The notes: generated from the sequence alone by a model not told the origin. Positions 9,958-19,782 are shown, counted from the first letter of the stretch. The stretch is DNA of 64,000 nucleotides from Marinicella sp. (GCA_965230295.1 OZ246001.1:3072001-3136000), one strand, 5' to 3'. Program-made: numbers and translations.

Positions 9958-10460
9958 GTCATTCTTTGGCTTGACCAAAGAATCCAGGCAGTATGATTTA
10001 TCAGTCTAAAATTTATTTCTTTTAAGAAAATATGGGTGGCTCCAAATTACAAACGATATTACTTTTAAAGCCAATTTAAAGTTTGTTTGTATTAAATGAA
10101 GAAGGAGTTTTACGTGTACATCATGGCCTCAAAAAAGAACGGTACTTTATATATTGGAGTGACTTCTGATTTAATAAAAAGAGTTTGGCAACATAAAAGT
10201 AATGTTGTTGATGGCTTTACCAAGACACATGGCGTACACAAACTGGTTTACTTCGAGCAATTTGACGATGCTTTGAGTGCCGTTGCCAGGGAAAAACGCC
10301 TTAAAGTATGGAAGCGACATTGGAAGTTAGAATTGATTGAATCTAGCAATCCATTTTGGGAAGATTTGTATGCATCAATTGTATGAGGCTTCTTTAGTTA
10401 AGAGTTAATATAGGATCAGATATCACGCACCTGGATCCTGCGGTCAAGCCGAAGGATGAC
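9958..10460 (+). mobile_element. REP-flanked GIY-YIG nuclease unit
   Basis: Left GTCATTCTTTGGCTTGACCAAAGAATCCAGG (9958-9988) and inverted right CCTGGATCCTGCGGTCAAGCCGAAGGATGAC (10430-10460) bracket a single ORF. Confidence 0.75.
10096..10386 (+). CDS. Stand-alone GIY-YIG nuclease
   Basis: FYVYIMAS..NGTLYIGVTSDL.KRV.QH...A..REK.LK.W.R.WK..LIE..NP.W.DL. Confidence 0.95.
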   Translation: MKKEFYVYIMASKKNGTLYIGVTSDLIKRVWQHKSNVVDGFTKTHGVHKLVYFEQFDDALSAVAREKRLKVWKRHWKLELIESSNPFWEDLYASIV

Positions 10461-10477
10461 ATGTTATGTAATTTAAT

Positions 10478-10511
10478 GATTCTTTGGCTTGTCGTACTCG
10501 ATCAGAATGAC
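10478..10511 (-). repeat. Additional degenerate GTCAT REP
   Basis: Reverse strand reads GTCATTCTGATCGAGTACGACAAGCCAAAGAATC, sharing CCAAAGAATC with the left REP. Confidence 0.55.
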
Positions 10512-10518
10512 AGGGTTC

Positions 10519-12726
10519 TCACCTTTTCCAAGCATAGCTGAATTTCATGAACACGCTTTTGTCGGTTGTAACAAAGGATTCGATGTCATCAAATTCGGTG
10601 CCGGCGTCGGAATAACCGACAAACAGCAGCGTCCTGGGGTTGACCTTGTATGAGTAAATCAATTGGGTAGCGACGTTTTCGCTGTTTTTATCGAAATCAT
10701 CCGGTTCGTTATACAAACTCAGGTCTCGATTGACATCGGTCTGGATGATGGCCAGTCGTAAGCGCTGTCTGATGTTGAATTGATATGACAGCCGGATGTC
10801 CGTTTGATTGGCGGTAAAAATATTGCCTTCAGTTAAAGACAAATTGCGGTATCGGTGGTTGATGCGGGCATTGAAATGTTTTCCAATGTTGGCATTGACA
10901 TACATGCTGCCTCTTAAAGAGTCTGCCAAACGGTTGTTACTGAAATCAACGTCATGGCCTTGGTTGATAAAAATTCCCAGTGACAGACCGGAAATGGGTT
11001 TGATGTCAAAATCGAAAAACCGGAAATTCTCACGAAATAGATTGTCTTCCCAAAAGCGATCTCGCACGCCCAAGCCCACTCGGTAAAAGGACTGCAAGGG
11101 ACCATTAACGCCGAAACTGCCTTCAAACTCTTTTTCTAATACGGTGCCTTCCTGGTCGTGGGTGATGTCCCAGTCAGAATAAACGTCCATGCGGTTCCAC
11201 CAGTTGTCTTGATCACCAATCCAGGCATAACCACCGCCAATGACGGACTTTCTGGTACCGACTTGACTGATGAAGCCACTGTCTGCCCGAAAGCCATCGT
11301 CTTTGTTTTGGTGGAAGGCATTGAAGCGCCAATTACGACCATTGTGCTGATATCTGGCCAGGTAAGTGTTACCCGAAAATTTACCTTGTCGTTGGTCAAA
11401 TTCATCGACCACCTCATCCGGATATTCAGTCTCTGAATTGGCTATTTGAAAACGAATCAGGTCTTTAGGTGTGAGGCGAAAGTTGACATCACCTGAGACC
11501 ACGGTGTTGCTGTAGCCGCCGCCGTCCCGGCTGGTGATTGTGCCACCGAATGTGGAGGCATATTTACCGAAATCGCGTCGATACCGGCCTACTATATTAT
11601 TCGATTCATTTTCTATGGTGGTGAAATCAGAACTCAATGTACCTGGAATCAGTACATTGGTGATGGTGTCTTTGGCGTAGTAAAAGCCATAGGCATTGGC
11701 ATCATTTTTACCCACCAGTCGCACACCATAGTCCGGATCAGCAATGTTCCTGGTATAGACCAATCTCATGTTGGAATCAAAATAATCTGAGTTTTCTAAA
11801 AAGAAGGAGCGCCGTTCAGGAAAGAACAGGGCAAAGTTCTGATTCACATTCAGTTGAGCTGAATCCGCTTCTACTTGTGAAAAATCCGGGTTGATGGTGG
11901 CATTCAGAGTCAGGTTTGAATTGATGCCCCAGTTGACATCGACACCCGCTTCAAAATCGGTGTCGCTGGGACCGTAATCAGCGTCTTCGGGCTCTCTGCT
12001 TTTTGAAGCGAGGCCTGTGATGGTTGGGGTGATTTCCAAATCCATGCCTCGGTCGGCATTGGCAAACCCAACGACCTTTTCTGTTTGGCACAGAAAGCAG
12101 TCATTGTCTCTCAAGATTTTAACGTTGCGGTATTGGCGTCGGTCATCTCTCGGGTGGGTCCTTTGAACGAACAGCCCCCAGGTTTTTTCTCCAACTGAGT
12201 CGGGCATTTGTAATTCGTTGTAAGGAATCTCCATTTCTACCACATAACCAAATTCTGTGATGTTTCCAGCTGACTCCCAGATGGCATCCCATGAGTCGTC
12301 TTCATTGTTGCCACTTTGAATCAGGTCCATTTGAACCCCCAGTGGATTGGTGAAAAACTCTAATGCACGTCGTTCATCATTGTATGTGTCAAGTACAACA
12401 CCGACAAAATCATCACTGTAGGATGAATCTCTATCGCGCAGGAAAGCCCTGATTTTTTCGGGTTCCGGGTCTTCAGCCCTGAACCCTATCACCAAGGTGT
12501 TACCCGTATCAATTAAGAAGGCTTCGGTTTTAACTTGTGCGGGTATGTTTTCAGCCGGGCTGGTTTCCCACACCAGAGGGATGAGCAGTGCTTGTTCCCA
12601 AGCAGGTTCATCCATGTAACCGTCAATTTTGATGTTGGTGTTTTCCAGTAATGGAACGCGTTTGTTGTCGATTTCTTGTGCGTTGATTAAAAAACTGCAC
12701 AACAATAACCAAATGCTCTTTTTCAT
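10519..12726 (-). CDS. CBM9-like/DUF5916 outer-membrane protein
   Basis: KIDGYMDEPAW, WDAIWES, NPDFSQVEAD, LFFPERRSFF, aromatic C-terminus. Confidence 0.85.
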   Translation of the reverse strand: MKKSIWLLLCSFLINAQEIDNKRVPLLENTNIKIDGYMDEPAWEQALLIPLVWETSPAENIPAQVKTEAFLIDTGNTLVIGFRAEDPEPEKIRAFLRDRDSSYSDDFVGVVLDTYNDERRALEFFTNPLGVQMDLIQSGNNEDDSWDAIWESAGNITEFGYVVEMEIPYNELQMPDSVGEKTWGLFVQRTHPRDDRRQYRNVKILRDNDCFLCQTEKVVGFANADRGMDLEITPTITGLASKSREPEDADYGPSDTDFEAGVDVNWGINSNLTLNATINPDFSQVEADSAQLNVNQNFALFFPERRSFFLENSDYFDSNMRLVYTRNIADPDYGVRLVGKNDANAYGFYYAKDTITNVLIPGTLSSDFTTIENESNNIVGRYRRDFGKYASTFGGTITSRDGGGYSNTVVSGDVNFRLTPKDLIRFQIANSETEYPDEVVDEFDQRQGKFSGNTYLARYQHNGRNWRFNAFHQNKDDGFRADSGFISQVGTRKSVIGGGYAWIGDQDNWWNRMDVYSDWDITHDQEGTVLEKEFEGSFGVNGPLQSFYRVGLGVRDRFWEDNLFRENFRFFDFDIKPISGLSLGIFINQGHDVDFSNNRLADSLRGSMYVNANIGKHFNARINHRYRNLSLTEGNIFTANQTDIRLSYQFNIRQRLRLAIIQTDVNRDLSLYNEPDDFDKNSENVATQLIYSYKVNPRTLLFVGYSDAGTEFDDIESFVTTDKSVFMKFSYAWKR

Positions 12727-12839
12727 GGGTCCCCTACGAAGCTTGCTTTAAATGCCAATAAGAAATTCTAATTTATGGTCATTAACGCGCTCAACCCCCC
12801 AAAGGTAACGAATTAATTTATAATTCTTGAGTTTTTTAA

Positions 12840-13163
12840 TCAGGCGTCTTGAGGGCAGGCTTCTTCGCAAAACAATTCATGCAACAAATGAATGATGCTC
12901 ACAGCTTTGCTGTCAGTCAGAGAATAAAATATGGTTTGGGCATCTCGTCGGATTTTGACCAGATCAGCTTTTCTGAGTTGAGCCAAGTGTTGGGAGAGGG
13001 CTGATTGACTGAGTTGGGACAAAGTGTTGTTGAGTTCAGAGACTGACATTTCCTGTTCATGTAATAAGCACAAAATCAATAACCTTTGTTGGTTTGATAT
13101 GAGCTTTAACAACGCTGAGGCGGAGCCAGAATGCGTCATCATGTCTTCCATTGATTGTCTCAT
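12840..13163 (-). CDS. ArsR/SmtB regulator, BigR/SqrR-like (two Cys sites)
   Basis: RLLILCLL, SQSALSQHLAQLR, QTIFYSL, LHELFC. Start likely MRQS at 13163. Confidence 0.85.
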   Translation of the reverse strand: MRQSMEDMMTHSGSASALLKLISNQQRLLILCLLHEQEMSVSELNNTLSQLSQSALSQHLAQLRKADLVKIRRDAQTIFYSLTDSKAVSIIHLLHELFCEEACPQDA

Positions 13164-13227
13164 AAAATGCTTTAACCCTCTAAAAACAGAGGCTATTTTG
13201 CATGATTCTGAACTGATTAACAACTGT

Positions 13228-13256
13228 TTGAATATTAGAAAAAACTAATATATAAT
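13228..13256 (+). promoter_or_regulatory. Sigma70 promoter overlapped by a palindromic operator
   Basis: TTGAAT-17-TATAAT; palindrome ATATTAG-aaaaaa-CTAATAT at 13232-13251. Confidence 0.7.
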
Positions 13257-13293
13257 GCAAGCAAAAATAATGAACAATGGCTGGTAGGTAAAA

Positions 13294-15807
13294 ATGCAAG
13301 ATAAAATCACTGATTATGTATTGAAACAACCGAAAATGATATTCCTTGTGGTGCTTATGGTTTCAATGCTGACTGCTGCCTTGATCCCACTCATTCAGAT
13401 TGATACGGATCCGGAAAACATGCTGCCTGATGATCAGGTTGAGCGGTTGTTTCATAACCGGATTAAATCACAATTCAATTTACATGACATGATTGTGGTG
13501 GGTGCCATCAATCAGTCCGAGCAGGGCATTTACAACCCTAAATCATTACAAGATTTGTTGAACATTGCAGGTCAAGTGTCGAAGATTGACGGCGTCATCG
13601 AACATGATTTGATGGCTTTATCACATGTGGACAACATCACCCAGAAAGGACCTGGTGAGATCCAGTTTGAGTGGTTGATGAAACAGGCACCAAACGATCG
13701 TGCAGGTGCCCTGACCATTGCTGAGCAGGTTGAACGCCTACCACTGCTGAAAAATACCCTGGTCTCTGCAGATCAAAAAGCTGCCAGCATCTATGTGCCC
13801 ATAGCTGATAAGAATGAGAGTCATCGAATAGCGACTGAGATTGAAGCCATTGTAGACAATGCTCAAGGTGATGATGAATACCACATCACAGGGTTACCCG
13901 TGGCTGAAGATACGTTTGGATATCAAATGTTCATACAAATGGGCATTTCAGCACCCTTGGCAGGACTGATGATTTTTATATTGATGTGGTATTTTTTCCG
14001 AAATTTTAAATTCATTGCAGCCCCCATGATAGTTGCTATGGCCACTGTTATCATGGTGATGGGTACCATGATTGGCATGGGTTATACGGTGCACATCATG
14101 AGTTCAATGATCGCCATTTTTCTGATGCCCATAGCGGTGGTGGACTCCATTCACATCATGTCAGAGTTTGTGGAGAAGTATGCAGAAAACAGCAGCCGTG
14201 AACAGGTGATCAGAACTGTGATCGCTGATTTATTCAAACCCATGCTGTTCACCAGTTTGACATCGGCGGTGGGTTTTTTCTCTTTGATGTTAACCCCCAT
14301 TCCACCGGTGCAAATTTTTGGTGCCTTTGTTGGGGTCGGTATATTATTGGCTTTTGTCTTAACCATTCTATTCATACCGGCGTATTTGGTGGTTCTCAAA
14401 CCAGCCGCATTGCGCTCTTTGAAATCCATTCACCATTCAAAGTCAAAGTTATCTAACACCATCAAGGTCATCGGCCAGACGAGCCTCAAGAACAACAAAA
14501 CAGTGGTTTTGTTGTTCTTGGTGGTTCTTTTGATCAGTGTCTTGGGCATCGTAAAAATTCAAATCAATGACAACCCGGTCAGGTGGTTTAAATCTGACCA
14601 TCCTATCAGAATAGCAGATCAGGAATTAAATCAACATTTTGCTGGAACCTATGATGCCTATTTGGTGCTTGAGTCTGATGTGTCAGCGACAGAAAATACA
14701 TTCACACAGCAACTCGAACAAGATCTAGTTTGGTATGAACAGTTTGAAGTGTTTAAAACGACTGAACCCGGATTTCAAGCTCAATTGAATGCCATGTTGT
14801 TTTGGGCTGAAGACCAAATGTTTGACGCCGATGCTGAAACAACCGAAAAACTCGATGCCTTATTGGTCATGATAGATGCAGCCAGCGCACAATTGGCATT
14901 TTTTAAGTCACCAGATCATTTAGCTTATGTTGCACAATTGCAAAATGCTTTGCAAAGCAGCGGCTTGGTGGGTAAATCCAATTCATTGGCAGATGTGGTT
15001 AAAACGGTTAATCGAGAACTTCAGGGAGGCAATGAGTCTGAGTTTAAATTACCAACCAGTCAGGCCGGTGTTGCACAAACATTGTTGCAATACCAGTCTT
15101 CACATCGGCCTCATGATCTGTGGCATTTTGTGACCCAGGATTACACCAGCACGGTCATCTGGGTACAGTTGACCAGTGGTGATAATCAGGACATGACCCA
15201 AGTGGTTAACTTCATGAAGAATTACATTGAGGATCACCCACCAGCCACAGGTGTCCAAATTAATTGGGCCGGTAAAACATATTTAAACAAAGTCTGGCAG
15301 GAAGAAATGGTGGCAGGCATGGGGATGAGCCTGGTCAGTGCATTCGTGGTGGTGTTTGTGATGATGGTTTTGTTGTTCAGAAGTTTGGTATTTGGCATGT
15401 TGGCGATGTTGCCTTTGACCATTACCATTGCTTTTATTTATGGGTTGATTGGTTGGCTGGGTAAAGACTATGACATGCCGATTGCAGTTTTATCAGCCTT
15501 AACTTTGGGTTTGTCAGTTGATTTTGCCATACATTTCTTGCAACGAGCCAGAGACATCTACAGCGAGAATCATGATTTTAAATTGACCATGCAGATGATG
15601 TTCGAAGAACCCGCTGCGGCCATCAGCAAAAACGCAGTGGTGATTGCGATCGGGTTTACGCCATTGCTGTTTGCACCATTGGTACCATACATAACAGTCG
15701 GCTTTTTCCTGGCCACCATCATGGCCGTTTCTGCACTGGTCACATTGATGATGTTACCGGCCATGCTTAAGTTGTTGTATCACTGGACTTTGGAGATTAA
15801 ATCATGA
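13294..15807 (+). CDS. MMPL/RND-family transporter
   Basis: Two TM bundles with AVVDSIH and SVDFAIH motifs and two periplasmic domains. Confidence 0.9.
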   Translation: MQDKITDYVLKQPKMIFLVVLMVSMLTAALIPLIQIDTDPENMLPDDQVERLFHNRIKSQFNLHDMIVVGAINQSEQGIYNPKSLQDLLNIAGQVSKIDGVIEHDLMALSHVDNITQKGPGEIQFEWLMKQAPNDRAGALTIAEQVERLPLLKNTLVSADQKAASIYVPIADKNESHRIATEIEAIVDNAQGDDEYHITGLPVAEDTFGYQMFIQMGISAPLAGLMIFILMWYFFRNFKFIAAPMIVAMATVIMVMGTMIGMGYTVHIMSSMIAIFLMPIAVVDSIHIMSEFVEKYAENSSREQVIRTVIADLFKPMLFTSLTSAVGFFSLMLTPIPPVQIFGAFVGVGILLAFVLTILFIPAYLVVLKPAALRSLKSIHHSKSKLSNTIKVIGQTSLKNNKTVVLLFLVVLLISVLGIVKIQINDNPVRWFKSDHPIRIADQELNQHFAGTYDAYLVLESDVSATENTFTQQLEQDLVWYEQFEVFKTTEPGFQAQLNAMLFWAEDQMFDADAETTEKLDALLVMIDAASAQLAFFKSPDHLAYVAQLQNALQSSGLVGKSNSLADVVKTVNRELQGGNESEFKLPTSQAGVAQTLLQYQSSHRPHDLWHFVTQDYTSTVIWVQLTSGDNQDMTQVVNFMKNYIEDHPPATGVQINWAGKTYLNKVWQEEMVAGMGMSLVSAFVVVFVMMVLLFRSLVFGMLAMLPLTITIAFIYGLIGWLGKDYDMPIAVLSALTLGLSVDFAIHFLQRARDIYSENHDFKLTMQMMFEEPAAAISKNAVVIAIGFTPLLFAPLVPYITVGFFLATIMAVSALVTLMMLPAMLKLLYHWTLEIKS

Positions 15808-16586
15808 AACAAGCCATGTTGTTGCTCTTTTTTGTAGTGACCGCCAATGCGGGTTCAACATCCTCGGTTGAGCAAATCATCGAACAAGCCAATCTGGCGT
15901 CTTTTTATGCAGGAACCGATGGTCGCGGCGAAGCCCGGATGATCATCGTTGACGGCAAAGGTAACAAGCAAATGCGACAATTTGTGATCTTACGAAAGAA
16001 CCTACAAGCCGGTGATGAGCAGAATTTCCTGGTGGTGTTTTCCAGGCCATCAGATGTGAAAGATACGGTTTTTTTGGTGCACAAAAAGATCGAACAAGAT
16101 GATGATCGTTGGTTGTATTTGCCGGCTTTGGATCTGGAAAAACGCATCTCGGCCAGTGACAATCGCACCAGTTTTGTGGGGTCCGATTTCTTTTATGAAG
16201 ACGTTTCTGGACGCGATCCAGATGTTGATGTGCATCAGTTATTGAACCAAGATGGCCAGTACTATTATTTGAAAAGTACCCCTAAAGATCCATCAAGCGT
16301 TGAATTCAATCATTACACCATGAAGATTGACCAACAAACCATGTTGCCGATGGTGATCGAATACCATGATGAGTCAGGACAAGTTTATCGGCGCGTTGAA
16401 GTGGTTGCTGTGGAGTCGATTCAAGGCCATCCAACGGTGATGAAATCCAAAGTATCCAATTTAAAAACCCAGGGGTATACTTTGCTCGAATTCAGGCGAC
16501 CCGGTTACGATTTGGGCCTGGAGGACTCGGTGTTTACCATCCGGTCTTTGCGCAACCCTCCTAAACAATGGCTGCGAATGAAGTGA
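15804..16586 (+). CDS. LolA-like outer-membrane lipoprotein-sorting protein
   Basis: F..PSDVK.T.FL, DDRWLYLPAL..KRI, SFVGSDF.YED. Confidence 0.85.
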   Translation: MKQAMLLLFFVVTANAGSTSSVEQIIEQANLASFYAGTDGRGEARMIIVDGKGNKQMRQFVILRKNLQAGDEQNFLVVFSRPSDVKDTVFLVHKKIEQDDDRWLYLPALDLEKRISASDNRTSFVGSDFFYEDVSGRDPDVDVHQLLNQDGQYYYLKSTPKDPSSVEFNHYTMKIDQQTMLPMVIEYHDESGQVYRRVEVVAVESIQGHPTVMKSKVSNLKTQGYTLLEFRRPGYDLGLEDSVFTIRSLRNPPKQWLRMK

Positions 16587-17860
16587 GTCGTGTTTGGTTG
16601 ATTCTGCTGGCGTTCAGCCTCAATGCGCAACAGTCAAAAGATGATTGGGGTGATGGTTGGTCAGAAGGTTGGGATGATTTGGCATCACCCTGGACCCATT
16701 CTGGGTTTGTAGAATGGGCCCACGGTGAACGCATCCAAATGGACGACTTATTTTCAGACCAAACCACATTGAGTGAATCGCGTTGGCATCAGCAGTTTGA
16801 TTATGCCAATGACCAAATGAGTTTCCATTGGGGACATGATGTTTGGTTTGATGATGTCCCCAGCAGCGATGAATCTGGTTTGAGTTTTGACCTTCGCGAA
16901 TTCAATTTTCAATTTTCTCTTAAAAACACAGATTTAATCCTGGGTCGGCAGATTACGACATGGGGCACCGGTGATCTGTTGTTCATCAATGACATGTTCC
17001 CAAAGGATTGGGTGTCTTTTTTCAGTGGCCGTGATGACAGTTACTTAAAAGCACCCGCTGATGCGATCAGAATTACCAGCTATTTCAATGCCGTCAATGT
17101 AGACTGGCTCATCACACCGCATGCTGAACCCGATCGTTTCATCAATGGTGAGCGGTTTTCTTTGTATTCACCGATGGTGCAAATGAACATGGGTGGATCT
17201 GAATTGATTAATCCCAGAAACCCGGACACAGCAGAGTATGCCTTGCGTTTGTTTAAAAACATCAATGGGCATCAACTGGCATTGTACGCATACCACGGCA
17301 TCGAAAAATCTCCCGTGGGTGTCGATGATGATTTGCAGGCTTATTTCCCCGCGAAAGGAGTCTGGGGTGCCAGTTATCAAGGTTCATTGGGCAAAGGGCT
17401 GATCAATCTGGAAGCAGGCTATCATCAGGCACTGGATGATCGCCAAGGCACCAACCCGCGGGTGCCCAATTCACAATGGCGGTTCATGGCTGGTTACCAA
17501 AGAGAGCTGCGCAAAAAACTCAACTGGGGTTTACAGTATTATCTGGAACACACATTGGACCATAAGCAGTTGATCATGCAATCTCCATTTCCTGACGCTG
17601 AACCTGAACAAAACCGACACGTGATCACCAACCGCTTCACTTATCAGGCCTTGCAAGATAAATTAACCTGGTCCTTGTTTGTGTTCTATTCACCCACGGA
17701 TGAAGACAGTTATTGGCGGCCATCTGTGAATTACCGACACAATGACCAATGGCAGTTCACTGTGGGAGGGCACATTTTCACTGGCCAAAAAGAACATACG
17801 TTTTTTGGTCAGTTTGAAGATTCAAGCAGTGTTTTCAGTCGCATCCGCCACCAGTTCTGA
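16583..17860 (+). CDS. Outer-membrane beta-barrel (DUF1302-like)
   Basis: GRQITTWGTGD motif, C-terminal F. GTG start overlaps the upstream TGA. Confidence 0.75.
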   Translation: MSRVWLILLAFSLNAQQSKDDWGDGWSEGWDDLASPWTHSGFVEWAHGERIQMDDLFSDQTTLSESRWHQQFDYANDQMSFHWGHDVWFDDVPSSDESGLSFDLREFNFQFSLKNTDLILGRQITTWGTGDLLFINDMFPKDWVSFFSGRDDSYLKAPADAIRITSYFNAVNVDWLITPHAEPDRFINGERFSLYSPMVQMNMGGSELINPRNPDTAEYALRLFKNINGHQLALYAYHGIEKSPVGVDDDLQAYFPAKGVWGASYQGSLGKGLINLEAGYHQALDDRQGTNPRVPNSQWRFMAGYQRELRKKLNWGLQYYLEHTLDHKQLIMQSPFPDAEPEQNRHVITNRFTYQALQDKLTWSLFVFYSPTDEDSYWRPSVNYRHNDQWQFTVGGHIFTGQKEHTFFGQFEDSSSVFSRIRHQF

Positions 17861-17943
17861 ATAAAACTGATGACTCAAAAATAATTCATGACTGCTGGCA
17901 CGCCAAAAATTGATTGTGATGGGTTAAATTAACTCTTTCATTT

Positions 17944-18324
17944 ATGGATAAAAATTTTACAGACATGAATTCTAAACAAATACTCGTTTGGGCTCTGGCA
18001 GGGTTTCTGATCGTCTATCACACGGTGAAGATATATTCAGGGATGATTGAAACACCGAATATTGGCCAGGTTTTTTCAGAGAATTATTACCAAAACACGA
18101 TTCGATTGTTGATTGTTTGTAGTTTGTTTCTGGTGTTGATGTTCAGTCGAATTGGTTTGGGGTTGATGTGGGTTTTTATTGTGTCATTGATTGTGACGCA
18201 GTACCTGATGTTGCCGACTGATAAAAACCTGGCGGCCTTGTTGGGGCCGCTGAAAGGGTTGATATTTCCAACAGTCATCTCTTTGATTTTCTGGCATCAA
18301 CGAAAACCACAGCAACATGAATAA
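17944..18324 (+). CDS. Hypothetical membrane protein (about 4 TM)
   Basis: Hydrophobic ORF filling the intergenic space. Confidence 0.55.
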   Translation: MDKNFTDMNSKQILVWALAGFLIVYHTVKIYSGMIETPNIGQVFSENYYQNTIRLLIVCSLFLVLMFSRIGLGLMWVFIVSLIVTQYLMLPTDKNLAALLGPLKGLIFPTVISLIFWHQRKPQQHE

Positions 18325-18392
18325 TCGATTTTTACAATTCTCATTTAAATTCTGTTGTAGAATAGGTTTCGTAGATTGCAAATTTTACCACC

Positions 18393-19193
18393 ATGACTAA
18401 ACTCTGTGCGACACAATCATATAAATTGCCTCAATTGAAGCCGTTTATTGATTCGGTCAGCTTTTATCACAATCAACACCAGAGCGACAGCAAGTCATTG
18501 TTGTTTGAAGGTTGTCCTGAAGGTTTATTCGAGTTGATATTTCAAAGTGATAAAACGGTTTGGCAAAAAGACCAAAAAGATGGTGTTTGGCGTCAACGCG
18601 ATGAAGCTTTTCTCGGTGGCTTGCATCAACAAGGGTATCAGTTGAAATTACCGCCGGACACTGAAATCATGTCAGTGCGTTTCAACCACGGTGCATTTAA
18701 ATATGTGTTTTCTGGTCAATTGAACGATTTTATCAATCAAAAAGTACCCATTACTGATTTGTGGTCACACACTGGCAAACAACTGATTCACAAGCTGAAA
18801 AAATCCGATAATCACAAAGGTAAGCTACAGGTGATTGCAGCTTTTCTTGAGTCAAAAATCAACGCAGACAAACATTCAGTCATTGATCAAACCGTACAAG
18901 CCATACTGGACTGTCATGGCATGATCGACATGCAGGTGTTGGAACAGCAATCTGCTTTGAGTTCAGCGCAATTCCGCAAGCGCTTCAGGGAAGAGGTGGG
19001 TTTGCCACCAAAAAGTTTTGCCAAGGTCATTAAAATGAATGCCATCATGAATCAATTAGAGCGCCAAAAAGGGAAACAATTGCTCACGGATGTGGTTTAC
19101 GATTTTGGTTATTTTGACCAATCCCATTTCATCAAGGATTTTAAATCGGTTATCGGTAAAACGCCCTCACAATTCAATTTAGCTATTTCTTAA
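18393..19193 (+). CDS. AraC-family transcriptional regulator
   Basis: F..EVGLPPK.F and GYFDQSHFIKDFK..G.TP. Confidence 0.9.
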   Translation: MTKLCATQSYKLPQLKPFIDSVSFYHNQHQSDSKSLLFEGCPEGLFELIFQSDKTVWQKDQKDGVWRQRDEAFLGGLHQQGYQLKLPPDTEIMSVRFNHGAFKYVFSGQLNDFINQKVPITDLWSHTGKQLIHKLKKSDNHKGKLQVIAAFLESKINADKHSVIDQTVQAILDCHGMIDMQVLEQQSALSSAQFRKRFREEVGLPPKSFAKVIKMNAIMNQLERQKGKQLLTDVVYDFGYFDQSHFIKDFKSVIGKTPSQFNLAIS

Positions 19194-19195
19194 AT

Positions 19196-19549
19196 GGAAA
19201 GCTGCTGAGCAGCTTGACCCGCCGAGCCGGTTAGGCAGTGAGTGGAATAAAGGTGGTTTTGTGAAGCAAAGAAACCTTTATGCAATGAGCGATAAGCCGT
19301 GAGCTATTGATGTTGCGGCCGCTATCGCTCCTTGCTATCGCGGCAGACCTACATCCATGTAGGCCAATCAGAGGCGAAGAGCGCGAGATAGCAAGTTATG
19401 TTTGCCGTGGTCGTTTTCACTTTTGTCTGGAACAGACATGCAGTGCGAAGCAACTGCTCAGACAATAGTCTGTAAAGGTCGGTTTATTTGCGCAGCAAAT
19501 ATGAAGACCTGTCAGACCATGAACCAGAATGGAGCCCCAAGAACATTCC
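19196..19549 (+). repeat. Modular hairpin repeat element, copy 3 (longest)
   Basis: GGAAAGCTGCTGAGCAGCTTGACCCGCCGAGCCGGTT...AATCAGAGGCGAAGAGCGC...GCCCCAAGAACATTCC with inserted blocks. Confidence 0.85.
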
Positions 19550-19782
19550 TTTATCCCTGTCTGTTGAATTTATTAGAGCCAAGTGCAGCTCAGTTATCAT
19601 GTGATTCTATCCAGCCTATCTAATCGATTATATTTGGTTGGCATAATCGAAATTTACTATACCGGAAAAAGTCACTGTTATTTAATGGCCACAAGCGGCT
19701 GAATAAGTTAAGAGTTGGTTAAAAAATGGTTTATTGCTCTTAACAATCAGTCATTTAATATTTATTAATTGTGGAGATATCA

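Noticed and set aside
19230-19236. GTTAGGC suggesting integron attC sites in the modular element
   Set aside because: No matching RYYYAAC inverse core, absent from the short copies, and no integrase.
19541-19557. GAACATTCCTTTATCCC resembling an IS91/ISCR oriIS end
   Set aside because: Only GAACATTC is shared by the other copies and there is no Y2 transposase; too weak.
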